From Pristiophorus japonicus (taxonomy: Eukaryota): a stretch of 64,000 nucleotides of DNA. This document shows, piece by piece, positions 1 to 13,987 of the stretch. The stretch covers positions 49,724,001-49,788,000 of the forward strand of contig NC_091995.1 in NCBI RefSeq assembly GCF_044704955.1, read 5' to 3'. The position numbers and the translations under genes were made by a program. Under the pieces are notes generated by a model. It worked only from the letters and a program-made list of their open reading frames with translations. It was not told the origin of the DNA and did not search any database. Each line of letters opens with the position of its first letter. Positions within the stretch are counted from its first letter, which is position 1.

Positions 1-29
1 ACTGATGTACTTTTACCGTTAAACTCTCT

Positions 30-1560
30 GGGCTAGATTTTCCACTTTTGTGCTTACGCCCAAAAATGTGCGTTATTTCCGGCATAAGCGGTAAAAAAGA
101 TTTTTCAGATCGCCAGCTTCTTGCCCATTCTCAAAGCACATAGTTTCCATTTTTGAAAATGGGCTTCACCGCGAGCGATATGAAATGGGCGGTAGCGTTA
201 AATCTTTTTGACCTTCTGCCGTAAAGTGTGGCCATCCTTATCAATGACATGGCATGCTCGATTCCTGCGATTCAGGGGGTCAAGGGTCATCATGACATGC
301 GCAGAAGAGGAGACAGAGAGAGAGGGAGCTCAGAGGGACTAAAGGCGTGTCTGGGTGTGGTGTGGCTGCTTTGGGAGGAAGGAGGGAGACTTTCGAGCTT
401 CACAGCAAGTAGTCAAACAAAAATTAGCTGTTACCAGCCACATATTTGCCTGAATTTGGCTTATAATGGAGATAGAGGAGAAGGCATCAGAGCACGCTGT
501 GGTAACTGACTGTGAGGTGGGAGAGGAGCACATTGGAGGGCGCAAAAGAGCCATGAGGTTTTCGGACGAGGCAAATGCCTCCCTCCTGCAGGAGGTCAAG
601 TGAAACTGGAGTGATTTGACACCGGGGAGGGCGTGGGAAGCCCACCCCAAAGGCCTACCAGAGGATATGGACCAAGATAGCAGAGATGGTCTCGTCGACG
701 TCCAGCAAGGTTCGTGAGGGCAATCAATACTGCAAACGATGGAACGACATTGTAGGATCTGCAAGAGTAAGTACTTCATTGATTTACATGGACTTATGTA
801 TTTATATAATTTGATTTGTAAGTCATGAGTGGCTATCAGCAGATGTGAGGTCTTTCACTTTTACCGGGAATGTTTTAATCAAAGCCTGCAGTCACGTTGC
901 ATATCCTTAGATAAAGAATGATAATTTTCATAATAATCATGATTACATCTGTGGGTTATGTGTTGTGTCAGTCTCTGTGACAGTACCGAGCAATGATATC
1001 ACGCAATGATCTCATGCCATGTTGTCCTGTCACGTTTTACAGAAGAAGCTATTGACAATGAGGTCTATGCAGAGGTGAATGGGTGGGGGGCCACCAGTCC
1101 CCAGCGACATCACTGAGATGGAGGAGCTGGTGCTCGCACTCGTGGGGAAGGACACCCGAACAACCACGACGCATCTGCAGACCCTGAAGTGATACCACGT
1201 GAGCAAAGCTTACACCATGACGTGATGTGAAGTCAATAGATGCCACACACACACTTATCCGAACAACCACATATGATAGATGATTTCTAAAATTGTCATA
1301 GAAATAATGATGGCCTAATGAAAATCATTGCAATGCAAATGTGTTGATGGTCATGAAATGTGATGTCTGCGATGATTTTGAGAGTGGTGGTGCTTTTGCC
1401 GTGCATATGTTGTGTGTAGCGCTGGTCTCACCTTGTGACCCTAGCACCCCTTTCTCCTCCAATAACCTCATTTGTGTTTTGCAGCTCAGCCAGCAGCACG
1501 TCCGAAGGCAAGACCACAGAGGCCAGAAGGTGGGGGCGCGGGGCCCGACTCTCTGGAAGA
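30..1560 (+). mobile_element. PIF/Harbinger-type DNA transposon fragment with a decayed, spliced Myb/SANT-like gene
   Basis: Manual translation. Exon ~466-766: MEIEE...RKRAMRFSDEANASLLQEVK*...IWTKIAEMVS...CKRWNDIVGSAR|gtaagt. Exon 1043-1198: KKLL...GGGPP...EMEELVLALVG. A third acceptor lies at 1484. It contains stops and a frameshift. Possible TIR gggctagattttcc at ~30. Truncated by a CR1 at 1561. Confidence 0.7.
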
Positions 1561-3075
1561 TCCTGTCTATCCTTCCTAAATGTTGAATATCCCTGGATGT
1601 TGAGTTCCCAGGTCACCCTGGAGCCATGTCTCCGTGATGCCAATTACATCATACCCGTTAACTGCTATCTGCGCAGTTAATTCGTCCACCTTATTACGAA
1701 TATTCCTCGCATTGAGGCACAGAGCCTTCAGGCTTGTCTTTTTAACTCACTTTACCCCTTTTTGTTTTTTGCCTTGGATTTCTCTGCCCTCCACTTTTAC
1801 TTTTCTCCTTTCTATCTTTTGCTTCTGCCTCCATTTTATTTCCCTCTGTCTCCCTGCATAGGTTCCCATCCCCCTGCCATATTAGTTTAACTCCTCCCCA
1901 ACAGCACGAGCAAACACTCCCCCTAGGACATCGGTTCCGGTCCTGCCCAGGTGCAGACTGTCCAGTTTGTACTGGTCCCACCTCCCCCAGAACTGGTTCC
2001 AATGTCCCAGGAATTTGAATCCCTCCCTTCTGAACCAATCCTCAAGCCACATATTCATCTGAGCTATCCTGCGATTCCTACTCCGACTAGCACATGGCAC
2101 TGGTAGAAATCATGAGATTACGACTTTTGAGGTCCTACTTTTTAAATTTAGCTCCTAGCTCCCTAAATTCGTCTCGAAGGACCTTAACCCGTTTTTTACC
2201 TATATCGTTGGGACCTATATGCACCATGACAACTGGCTATTCACCCTCCCGTTTCAGAATGTCCTGCACCCGCTCTGAGACATCCTTGACCCTTGCACCA
2301 GGGAGGCAACATACCATCCTGGAGTCTCGTTTGCAGCCGCAGAAATGCCTATCTATTCCCCTTACAATCGAATCCCCTATCACTATAGCTCTCCCACTCT
2401 TTTTCCTGCCCTCCTGTGCAGCAGAGCCACCCACGGTGCCTTGAACTTGGATGCTGCTGCCCTCCCCTGATCAATCATCCCCCTCAACAGTACCCAAAGC
2501 GGTGTATCTGTTTTGCAGGGGGATGACCGCAGGGGACCCCTGCACTACCTTCCTGCCACCGCTCTTCCTGTTGGTCACCCATCTTGCTGTGTACCCTTTA
2601 CCTGCGGTAAGACCAACTCGCTAAATGTGCTATTCACGACATCCTCAGCATCGCGCATGCTCCAGAGAGAATCCACCCATAGCTCCAGTGCCACAATGCA
2701 GTCTGTCAGGTGGTGCAGGCGGATGCACTTCCCGCACACGTATCCGTCAGGGACATTGAAAGCGTCCCTGACTTCCCACATAGCACAGGAGGAGCATTAC
2801 ACATGTCCAAGCTCTCCTGCCATGCCTTAACCCCTAGATTAACTTAATTTGGCAACAACAATACTCAATGTTACTTACTGATAAAGAAAAGAAAAAGAAA
2901 AAAAAAGGAAAATCTATTTACCAATCACCAGCCAATCACTTACCCCTTTGGCTGTGACGTCACCTTTCGATTTCTTTCTATTTTTTTGCCTTCTCTCTCT
3001 GCTGCAGCTGCACCAGCTGGCCTCTCTGACGATGCTGCTGCCACTGGGCCTTTTATAGGCCTCACCAACACTGCT
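1561..3075 (-). mobile_element. CR1 LINE 5' half (5'UTR, decayed ORF1 zinc finger/SGNH esterase, start of ORF2 APE)
   Basis: Minus-strand ORF fragments MWEVRD..CGKC, VIGDSIVRG, GHWNQFWGRWD and WELNIQGYSTFRKDRQ; homologous to the + copy at 4193-5500. Confidence 0.9.
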
Positions 3076-3082
3076 CCCCGAC

Positions 3083-3266
3083 TGTCTAACCACCAGAGGG
3101 CTTATCCCCTGGAGTCCCAAGGGAGCCCACAATCCCTTGGGAGCACCTGCATATAAGGAAGCCTCACAGGCTGGAGAGGCACTCTGAGATCTGTAATAAA
3201 GGACTACGGTCACACCTTACTTTGAGCTTGCAGCATCTAGTCTGACTCTTTATTGAAGACATAACA
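3083..3266 (+). mobile_element. 5'-truncated solo LTR (Gypsy-type)
   Basis: Shares caccag..gtcccaaggga..atcccttgggagcac..atataag with the LTRs at 9425 and 13776; has AATAAA and ends ...ATAACA. Confidence 0.7.
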
Positions 3267-3930
3267 AAATGTATCCCAGGCTGCTCAGTGAAGCAAAAGA
3301 GAAAATAGCAGAGGCCTTGACGATCATTTTCCAATCCTCTCTGGCTTCAGGTGTGGTGCCAGAGGACTGGAGGACTGCTAATGTTGTACCTTTGTTTAAG
3401 CAGGGAGCCTAACCTCAGTGGTGGGAAAATTATTGGGAAAAATCCTGAAGGACAGGATAAATCTTCACTTAGAAAGACACAGATTAATCAAGGACACTCA
3501 GCACGGATTTGTTAAGGGAAGGTCATGTCTGACTAACTTGATTGAATTTTTCAAGTAGGTAACCAGGAGGGTCGATGAAGGCAAAGCATATAATGTAGTG
3601 TATATGGATTTTAGCAAAGCTTTTGATAAGGTCCTACATGGCAGACTGGTCACAAAAGTAAAAACCCAAGGCAAAATGGCAAGTTGGGTCCAAAATTGGC
3701 TCAGAGGCAGGAAGCAAAGCGTAATGGTTGATGGGTGTTTTTGTGACTGGAAGGATGTTTCCAGTGGGGTTCCGCAGGGGTCAGTTCTAGGTCCCTTGCT
3801 TTTTGTGATATACATCAATGATGTAGACTTGAATATAGGGGGTATGATTACGAAGTTTGCAGATGATACTAAAATCGGCTGTGTGATTGAAAATGAAGAA
3901 GAAAACTGTGGATTGCAGGAAGATGTCAAT
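3267..3930 (+). mobile_element. CR1-A RT fragment, left part (continues at ~8937-9057)
   Basis: YMDFSKAFDKV, GVPQGSVLGP and KFADDTK motifs; the sequence breaks at ...LQEDVN. Confidence 0.9.
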
Positions 3931-6900
3931 CGGGAGCAGGCCATCATCGCGAGAGAGGAGCTGGCGCGGGACTACAAAGTGCAGCGGCAGCTTGGAGCAG
4001 TGACAGTTGGGAGGAGGCCAGTTGTAGCAGGGGCAGAAAGTAAACAAAGAAGTAAAAAAAAATCAAAGTGTTACGTCACAGCCAGGCGAGTAAGTGATTG
4101 GCTGATGGATTGGCGAGAATTTAATATTTTTCTTTTATCAGTAGGTAACCTTTGGCATTGTTGCCAAATTAAGTTAATTTAAGCATTAAGTCATGGCAGG
4201 AGAGTCCAGACCCATGCCATGCTCCTCCTGTGCTACATGGGAAATCAGGGATGCTTCCAATGTCCCTGACTACTATGTGTGCAGGAAGCGTGTCCAGCTG
4301 CTACTCCTGACAGACCGCATTGCAGCAGTGGAGCTGCGCATGGATTCACTCTGGAGCATCCGCGATGCTGAGGATGTCGTGAATAGCACGTTTAGTGAGT
4401 TGGTCAAACCATAGGTAAAGGTTACACAGGCAGATAGGGAATGGGTGACCAGCAGGAAGAGCAGGGGAAGGAAGGCAGTGCAGGGGTACTCTGCGGTCAT
4501 CTCCCTCCAAAACAGATATACCGATTTGGGTGCTGTTGGGGGAGATGGCTCATCAAGGGAAGGCAGCAGCAGCCAAGTTCATGGCACCATGGGTGACTCT
4601 GCTGCACAGGAGGGCAGGAAAAAGAGTGGAAGAGCTACAGTGATAGGGGATTGTATTGTAAGGGGAATAGATAGGCATTTCTGTGGCCGCAAACGAGACT
4701 CCAGGATGGTATGTTGCCTCCCTGGTGCAACGGTCAAGGATGTCTCAGAGCTGCTGCAGGGCATTCCGGAGGGGGAGGGTGAACAGCCAGCTGTTGTGGT
4801 GCATATAGGTACCAATGAAATAGGTAAAAAATGGGATGAGGTCCTACAAGCTGAATTTAGGGAGCTAGGAGTTAAATTAAAAAGTAGGACCTCAAAAGGT
4901 AGTAATTTCAAGATTGCTACCAGTGCCTCGTGCTAGTCAGAGTAGAAATAGTAGGATAGTTCAGATGAATACATGGCTTGAAGAGTGGTGCAGAGCGGAG
5001 GGATTCAAATTCTTGGGACATTGGAATCGGTTCTGGGGAAGGTGGGACCAGTACAAACTGGTCAGTCTGCACCTGGGCAGGACCGAAACCAATGTCCTCG
5101 GGGGAGTGTTTGCTACAGCTGTTGGAGAGGAGTTAAACTAATATGGCAGAGGGATGGGAATCTACACAGGGAGGCAGAGGGAAGTAAAAAGGGGGCAGAA
5201 GCAAAAGGTAGGAAGGAGAAAAACAAGAGTGGAGGGCAGAGAAATCAAGGGCAAAAATCAAAAAGGGCCACATTACAACATAAATCGAAAAGAACAAAAA
5301 GTGTTTAAAAAAAAACAAGCCTGAAGGCCCTGAGTCTCAATACGAGGAGCATTCGTAATAAAATAGATGAATTGACTGCGCAGAAAGCTGTTAACGGATA
5401 TGATGTAATTGGGATTGCGGAGACATGGTTCCAGGGTAACCAAGGCTGGGAACTCAACATCCAGGGGTATTCAATATTCAGGAAGGATAGACAGGAAGGA
5501 AAAGGAGGTGGGGTAGCGTTGTTGGTTAAAGAGGAGATTAACACATTAGTAAGGAAGGACATTAGCTTGGATGATGTGGAATCTATATGGGGAGAGCTGC
5601 GAAACACCAAAGGGCAGAAAATGTTAGTGGGAGTTGTGTGCAGGCCACCAAACAGTAGTAGGGAGGTTGGGGATGGCATCAAACAGGAAATTAGGGACTC
5701 GGCAATAAGAGTACAGCAGTTATCATGGATGACTTTAATCTACATATAGATTGGGCAACCCAACTGGTAGCAGTATTGTGGAGGAGGATTTCCTGGAGTG
5801 TATAAGGGATGGTTTTCGAGACCAATATTTCGAGGAATCAACCAGAGAGCAGGCCATCCTCGACTGGGTCTTCTGTAATGAGAGGGGATTAATTAGCAAT
5901 CTGGTCCTGCCAGGCCCCTTGGGGAAGAGTGGCCATAATATGGTAGAATTCTTCATTAAGATGGAGAGTGACACAGTTAATTCAGAGGCTAGGGTCCTGA
6001 ACTTAAACAAAGGTAACTTCGATGGTATGAGACGTGAATTGGCTAGAATAGACTGGTGAATGATAATTAAAGGGCTGATGGTGGATAGGCAATGGAAGAC
6101 ATTAAAAGATCACGTGGATGAACTACAACAATTGTAGATCACTGTCTGGCGTAAAAATAAAAAGGGGAAGGTGGCTCAACCGTGGCTAACAAGGGAAATT
6201 AAAGGACAGTGTTAAATCCAAGGCAGAAGCATATACATTGGTCAGAAAAAGCAGTAAACCTGAGGACTGGGGGAAATTTAGAATCCAGCAGAGGAGGACT
6301 AAGGATTTAATTAAGAGGGGGAAAATAGAGAATGAGTGTAAGCTTGCAGGGAACAGAAAAACTGACTGCAAAAGCTTTTATAGATATGTGAAGAGAAAAA
6401 CATCAATGAAGACTAATGTAGGTCCCTTGCAGTCAGAATCAGGTGAATTCATAATGGGGAACAAGGAAATGGCAGACTAATTGAACAAATACTTTGGGTC
6501 TGCCTTCACTAAGGAAGACACGAATAACCTCCCGAAAATACGAGGGGACCGAGGGTCTAGCGAGAAGGAGGAATTGAAGGAAATTCTTATTAGTCAGGAA
6601 ATTGGGTTAGGGAAATTGATGGGATTGACGGCCGATAAATCAACAAGCCTGAGTGGGATGCATCCCAGAGTACTTAAGGAAGTGGCCCTAGAAATAGTGG
6701 ATGCATTGGTGGTTATTTTCCAACAGACTCTGGATCAGTTCCTATGGATTGGAGGGTAGCTAATGTAACCCCACTTTTTAAAAAAAGGAGGGAGGGAGAT
6801 TTGTGAAAGGGAAATCATGCTTGACAAATCTTCTGGAATTTTTTGAGGATGTTTCCAGTAGAGTGGACAAGGGAGAACCAGTTGATGTGGTATATTTGGA

Positions 6901-8936
6901 CTTTCAGAAGGTTTTCGACAAGGTCCCACACAAGAGATTAATGTGCAAAGTTAAAGCACATGGGATTGGGGGTAGTGTGCTGACATGGATTGAGAACTGG
7001 TTGTCAGACAGGAAGCAAAGAGTAGGAGTAAATGGGGATTTTTCAAAATGGCAGGCAGTGACTAGTGGGGTACTGCAAGGTTCTGTGCTGGGACCCCAGC
7101 TGTTTACACTGTACATTAATGATTTAGACAAGGGGATTAAATGTAGTATCTCCAAATTTGCGGATGACACTAAGTTGGGTGGCAGTGTGAGCTGCCAGGA
7201 GGATGCTATGAGGCTGCAGAGCGACTTGGATAGGTTAGGTGAGTGGGCAAATGAATGGCAGATGAAGTATAATGTGGATAAATGTGAGGTTATCCACTTT
7301 GGTGGTAAAAACAGAGAGACAGACTATTATCTGAATGGTGACAGATTAGGAAAAGGGGAGGTGCAACGAGACCTTGGTGTCATGGTACATCAGTCATTGA
7401 AGGTTGGCATGCAGATACAGCAGGCGGTTAAGAAAGCAAATGGCATGTTGGCCTTCATAGCGAGGGGATTTGAGTACAGGGGCAGGGAGGTGTTGCTACA
7501 GTTGTACAGGGTCTTGGTGAGGCCACATCTGGAGTATTGTGTACAGTTTTGGTCTCCTAACCTGAGGAAGGACATTCTTGCTATTGAGGGAGTGCAGCGA
7601 AGGTTCACCAGACTGATTCCCGGGATGGCGGGACTGACCTATCAAGAAAGACTGGATCAACTGGGCTTGTATTCACTGGAGTTCAGAAGAATGAGAGGGG
7701 ACCTCATGGAAACGTTTAACATTCTGATGGGTTTAGACAGGTTAGATGCAGGAAGAATGGTCCCAATGTTGGGGAAGTCCAGAACCAGGAGACACAGTCT
7801 AAGGATAAGGGGTAAGCCATTTAGGACCGAGATGAGGAGAAACTTCTTCACCCAGAGAGTGGTGAACCTGTGGAATTCTCTACCACAGAAAGTTGTTGAG
7901 GCCAATTCATTAAATATATTCAAAAAGGAGTTAGATGAAGTCCTTACTACTAGGGGGATCAAGGGGTATGGCGAGAAAGCAGGAATGGGGTACTGAAGTT
8001 ACATGTTCAGCCATGAACTCATTGAATGGCGGTGCAGGCTAGAAGGGCCGAATGGCCTATTCCTGCACCTATTTTTCTATGTTTCTATGAGAGAAAACAG
8101 GGAAGTATAGACTGGTTAGCCTGACATCGGTAGTGGGGAAAATGTTGGAATCAATTATTAAAGATGTAATAGCAGCGCATAGGGAAAGCAGTGACAGGTG
8201 GATGCTAAGAGGCTGCAGGGTGACTTGGACAGGTTAGGTGAGTGGGCAAATGCATGGCAGATGCTGTATAATGTGGATAAATGTGAGGTTATCCACTTTG
8301 GTGGTAAAAACAGTAAGGCAGAATATTATCTGAATGGTGACAGCTTAGGAAAAGGGGAGGTGCAACGCATCAGTCATTGAAAGCTGGCATGCAGGTACAG
8401 CAGGCGGTGAAGACCTCACCTGTAATATTGTGTTCAGCTTTGGTCTCCTAATCTGAGGAAGGACATACTTACTATTGAGGGAGTGCAGCGAAGGTTCACC
8501 AGACTGATTTCCAGAATGGCTGACATATGAGGAGAGACGGATCAACTGGGCCTTTATACACTGGAGTTTAGAAGGATGAGAGGGGATCTCATGGAAACGT
8601 ATAAGATTCTGACAGGACTGGACAGGTTAGATGTCGGAAGAATGTTCCTGATGTTGGGGAAGTCGAGAACCAGGGGTCACAGTCTAAGGATAAGGGGGAA
8701 GCCATTTAGGACTGAGATGAGGAGAAACTTCTTCACTTAGAGAGTGGTGAACCTGTGGAATTCTCTACCACAGAAAGTTGTTGAGGCCAGTTCATTAGAT
8801 ATATTCAAAAGGGAGTTAGATATGACTCTTATGGCTAAAGGGATCAAGTGGTATGGAGAGAAAGCAGGAATGGGGTACTGAAGTTATATGATCAGCCATG
8901 ATCAGATTGAATGGTGGTGCACCTATTTTCTATGTT
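3931..8936 (+). mobile_element. CR1-B, decayed near-full-length LINE (ORF1 4193-5141, APE/RT remnants), interrupted by CR1-C and internally deleted
   Basis: ORF1 has CSSC..CRK, GDCIVRG and VHIGTN; APE has IAETW. The RT breaks at KKGGRE (~6796) and resumes at 8090 (KTGKYRLVSLTSVVGKMLE). It ends in ttttctatgtt. Confidence 0.85.
6797..8089 (+). mobile_element. CR1-C, 5'-truncated CR1 nested in CR1-B (open 397-aa RT C-terminal ORF 6803-7996)
   Basis: YLDFQKVFDKVPH and FADD motifs; complete 3'UTR ending in a (TTCTATG)n microsatellite tail. Confidence 0.85.
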
Positions 8937-9057
8937 TAACTGGTCAAGTAGGCAGAACAGTGGTAAATGGAATTTAATCCAGAGAAGTCTGAGGTAATAC
9001 AATTGGGATGGGAATAGACATTAAATGATAGGATACTGATGTCCACAGATCCCTGAA
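8937..9057 (+). mobile_element. CR1-A RT fragment, right part
   Basis: Reads LVK*AEQW*MEFNPEKSEVI, the expected continuation after LQEDVN at 3930. Confidence 0.7.
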
Positions 9058-9099
9058 AAAAAAATCATCCTCCTCCTCCTCCCCCCCGCCCCCCACCAG

Positions 9100-9173
9100 C
9101 CCCCTTTTTGTCCCTGATTTTCTGCTATTATTGGGATGCTTTTAGTGTCGTCTACCTTGAAGACAGATACAAA
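9100..9173 (-). mobile_element. CR1 ORF2 fragment (downstream half of the element split at 9174/35323)
   Basis: The reverse complement reads FVSVFKVDDTKSIPIIAENQG, continuing ELIMGNKQIAKIFKIY from 35324-35381. Confidence 0.75.
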
Positions 9174-9424
9174 GGGGCCAAAATTGCCCCTTGTTACTGC
9201 TGGAAATCAACGGCCATGCCATCATTTTGAAAATTCCACTCCTGCAGCATCCTGGCAGTGACCCGCTCTGCTACTGCCGATCCATCCTAAGTGCATCATC
9301 AGACCGCGCACGGCCACTGTGCTGCCGCCGCGCGCGCACACCCACCCCTCCCCCGAATGCAAAATTCTGCCGAGAAAATCTTGCTCCCACTGCTCGATGC
9401 CACCATCAGTTTTTTCTGTCAGCG

Positions 9425-12400
9425 CGCTGTGTATCTGAAAAGCATGCACTCCCATGTTCCACCACCAGGAAGCGCATTCCCTGAAGTCCCAAGGGATCCC
9501 AGCATCCCTTGGGAGCACGTATATAAGCCAGGCCCTAAGGCCTGTTCCTCAATCTGGAGTGTCTTAATAAAGACTGAGGTCACTGTCACTTTAACCTCCC
9601 TGTGTGCAGTCCCATCTGTGTCAGGAACACAATAACTGGCGACGAGCATACGAATCCAATACAAAGATGCAGCAAACTGTGGGCATCCTGGAGAAGTTCT
9701 CAGAGGGTGAGGACTGGGAAGCCTATGTCGAACGGCTGGACCAGTATTTTGTAGCCAACGAGTTGGATGGAGAACGAAACGCTGCAAAAAGGAGAGTGGT
9801 CCTCCTTATGGTCTGCGGGGCACCGACCTACAGCCTCATGAAGAATCTTCTGACTCCGGTGAAACCCACAGGTAAGTCGCATGAGGAGCTGTGTACACGG
9901 GTTTACGAGCATCTTAACCCGAGGGAGGGCGTGCTGATGGCAAGGTATCGGTTCTAAACGTGCCAGCGATCTGAAGGTCAGGAAGTGGCGAGCTACGTCG
10001 TCGAGCTAAGGCGACTTGCACGACAATGTAAGTTTGATGGCTACTTGGAGCAAATGCTCAGAGACGTTTTTGTACTGGGCATTGACCATGAGACCATCCT
10101 GCGAAAACTTTTGACTGTAAAGACACCGACCCTCAGTAAGGTCATTGCAATAGCACAGGCGTTTATGTTCACCAGTAATAACACCAAACAAATCTCTCAG
10201 CACACAAGTGCTAGCAATGTTCATAAATTAACTGGAATGGTGTTTGTGAACAGAAATGTACAGGGCAGAAACCACAAGTCTGCAATTGCCAGCAGGCCTC
10301 AGGTGACCCAGATGACTCAGAGTCTGCAACAAAGGATGAATGCAAGGCAATTCACACCTTGTTGGCGTTGTGGAGGCTTCCATTCAGCCTATTCATGCCA
10401 CTTCAAAGGGTATGTTTGCAAGAGCTGTGGAACAATAGGGCACCTCCAGCTCTGCAAAACCTGCTAACCACCAAGTGGCAGAGGAAGATCGGTCCATGGT
10501 GGATCAAAGCAATTTCGAGCCTGAGAGAGAGGAGGCAGATGCTGAAGCACACGGGATGCACACATTTTCGACAAAATATCCACCGATAATGCTGAACGTA
10601 AAATTGAATGGCTTACCCGTAGCCATGGAACTGGACACTGGCGGTAACCAATCCATCATGAGTAAAAAGATGTCTGAGAGACTGTGGACAAGGCACTCAG
10701 ACCAGCCCTGAGCCCCATCCACACGAAACTGAGAACATACAGCAAAGAGCTTATCACTGTCCTGGGCAGCGTCATGGTCAAGGTCACTTACGAGGGCACG
10801 GTGCACGAACTGCCACTCTGGACTGTCCCGGGCGATGGCCCCACACTGCTTGGAAGGAGCTGGCTGGGCAAAATCCGCTGGAACTGGGATGACATCCGAG
10901 CGCTATCACATGACGATGAGGCCCCATGTACCCAATTTCCTTCCCTTTTTGAGCCAGGCATTGAAAACTTTTCCGGGGCGAAGGTACGGATCCACTTGGT
11001 CCCAGAGGCACGACCCATTCACCACAAGGCGCGAGCGGTACCTCACATGATAAGGGAGAGAATGGAAATCGAGCTGTAACGCGAGGGCATCATCTCCCCA
11101 ATAGAATTCAGTGAGTGGGCCAGCCCGACCGTGCCATCACTTTTGAGTACTGGAACAGTCAGGATTTGCGGCGATTATAAAGTAACTATTAATTGTTTCT
11201 CGCTACAGGACCAATACCCGCTACCTAAGGCAGATGACCTATTTACGACGCTGGCAGGAGGCAAGACATTCACCAAGCTCGACCTGACTTTGACCTACAT
11301 GATGCAGGATCTGGAGGAGTCTTCGAAGGGCCTCACCTGCATCTACAACAGATGCCCATTTGGAAATCGGTCGGCTGCAGCGATCTTCCAGAGAAACATG
11401 GAGAGCTTACTCAAGTCGGTACCACGCACGTTGGTTTTTCAGGACGACATATTGGTCACGGGTCGGGACACCGTCGAGCACCTACAAAACTTGGAGGAGG
11501 TCCTCCAGTGACTGGATCACGTAGGGCTGCGGCTGAAGAGGTCGAAATGCGGCTTCATGGCAACAGAAGTGGAGTTTTTGGGGAGAAAGATCGCGGCGGA
11601 CTGCATTCGGCCCACAGACGCCAAGACAGAGGCTATCAGGAACGCGCCCAGGCCACAGAACGTCACGGAGCCGCGGTCGTTCCTGGGATTCCTAAACTAT
11701 TTTGGTAACTTCCTACCGGGGTTAAGCACCCTCTTAGAGACCCTACATGTGTTATTGCGTAAAGATGAGAACTGGGTATGGGGCAAAAAAACATGTAATT
11801 GCTTTTGAGAAAGCCGGAATCATTTTATGCTCCAACAAGCTGCTTGTATTGATAACCCGTGTAAAAGACTTGTGCTAGCATGTGATGCGTCGTCGTACGG
11901 AGTCGGGTGTGTATTACAATAAGCTAACATTGCGGGGAAGTTGCATCCTGTCGCTTATGCTTCCAGGAGCTTGGTTAAGGCCAAGAGGGCCTGCAGCATG
12001 ATTGAGAAAGAGGAATTTGCGTGTGTTCAGGGTAAAGAAAATGCATCAGTACCAGTTTGGCCTCAAATTTGAGCTGAAAACCGAACTCAAGCCCCTCATA
12101 TCCCTGTTCGCTGAAAACAAGGGGATAAATACTAATGACTCAGCCCGCATACAAAGGTGGGCACTCGCGCTATCAGCGTATAACTATACCATCCGCCACA
12201 GGCCAGGCACCGAGAACTGTGCGGATGCTCTCAGTCGCCTACCATTGCCCACCACGGAGGTGGAAATGGCGCAGCCTGCAAACTTGTTGATGGTGGCGCA
12301 GCCCGCAGACTTGCTGATGGTCATGGAAGCGTTTGAAAATGATAAATCACCTGTCACGGCCCACCAGATTAGGACTTGGACCAGCCAAGATCCTCTGCTG

Positions 12401-13987
12401 TCCCTAGTAAAAAACTGTGTACTGTATGGGAGCTGGGCCAGCATCCCCGTTGACATGCAAGAGCTAATCAAGCCGTTCCAGCGGCAAAAGGACGAGCTGT
12501 CCATTCAGGCAGACTGCCTGTTATGGCGTAACCGCGTAGTGCTACCAAAAAAGGGCAGGGAGACGTTCATCTCGGATCTCCACAGCACACACCCGGGTAT
12601 AGTAATGATGAAAGGATAGCCAGATCCCACGTGTGGTGGCCCGGTATCGACTCTGACTTAGAGTCCTGTGTACGGCAATGCAGCGTGTGTGCTCAGTTGA
12701 GCAACGTGCCCAGAGATGCACCACTAAGTTTGTGGTCCTGGCCCTCCAGACCATGGTCGAGGATCCATGTCGACTATGCGGGCCCGTTTCTCGGTAAAAT
12801 GTTCCTGGTGGTGGTGGATGCTTTTTCAAAATGGATTGAATTTGAAATAATGTCGGGAAGCACCGCCACCATTGAAAGCCTGAGGGCCATGTTTGCCACT
12901 CACGGCCTGGCTGACATACTGGTCAGTGACAACGGGCCATGTTTCACCAGTGCCGAACTTAAAGAATTCATGACCCGCAGTGGGATCAAACATGTCACCT
13001 CGGCCCCGTTTAAGCCAGCCTCCAATGGGCAGGCAGAGAGCGGCCAGTACAAACCATCAAACAGAGCCTTAAACGAGTCACAGAAGGCTCACTCCAAACC
13101 CGTCTGTCCTGAGTACTGCTCAGCTACCGCACGAGACCCCATTCGCTCACAGGGGTGCCCGGCTGAGCTACTCATGAAAAGGACACTTAAAACCAGACTC
13201 TCGCTGGTTCACCCCAACCTGCATGATCAGGTAGAGAGCAGGCAGCAGCAACAAAATGTAAACGATGGTCGTGTCACTATGTCACGGGAAATTGATCTGA
13301 ATGACCCTGTGCATGTGCAAAACTATGGACATGGTCCCAAGTGGATCGCGAGCACGGTGATAGCTAAAGAAGGGAATAGGGTGTTTGTAGTCAAACTAGA
13401 CAATGGCCAAATTTGCAGAAAGCACCTGGACCAAACGAGGCTGCAGTTCACAGACTGCCCTGAACAACCCACAGCAGACACCACCTTTTTCGAGCCCACA
13501 ACACACACCCAAAGGATCAACAACACCAGGCCGGACCAGGAAATCGAACCCCACACACCCAACAGCCCAGCAAGGCCAGACTCACCTAGCAGCCCTGCAG
13601 GGCCAACAACACTCCAGCCCAGCGAGGGCACAGCCAACACACCAGAACAGACATTTGTACCGAGGCGGTCCACCAGGGAAAGAAGGACTCCCGACCGCCT
13701 CACCTTGTAAATAGTTTTCACTTTGACTTTGGTGGGGGTGGGGGGGGAGGCGGGCGGTGGGGGGGGGGGAAGTGATGTTGTGTATTTGTAAAGCATGCAC
13801 TCCCATGTTCCACCACCAGGAAGCGTATCCCCTGAAGTCCCAAGGGATCCCAGCATCCCTTGGGAGCACTGTATATAAGCCGGCCCCTAAGGCCTGTTCC
13901 TCACTCTGGAGTGCCTTTTTAAAGACTGAGGTCACTGTTACTTTAACCTCCCTGTACCCTGTGTACAGTCTCATCTGTGTTAGGAAT
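9425..13987 (+). mobile_element. Ty3/Gypsy (Mag-like) LTR retrotransposon 1, decayed
   Basis: LTRs at ~9425-9634 and 13776-~13987; PBS TGGCGACGAG at 9637-9646 (tRNA-Ser-like); G-rich PPT before 13776. Gag starts at ATG 9667 with two Cys/His knuckles. PR (ELDTG), RT (FQDD), RNase H and IN (HVDYAGP/SDNG) follow in Gypsy order, with many stops and frameshifts. Confidence 0.95.
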
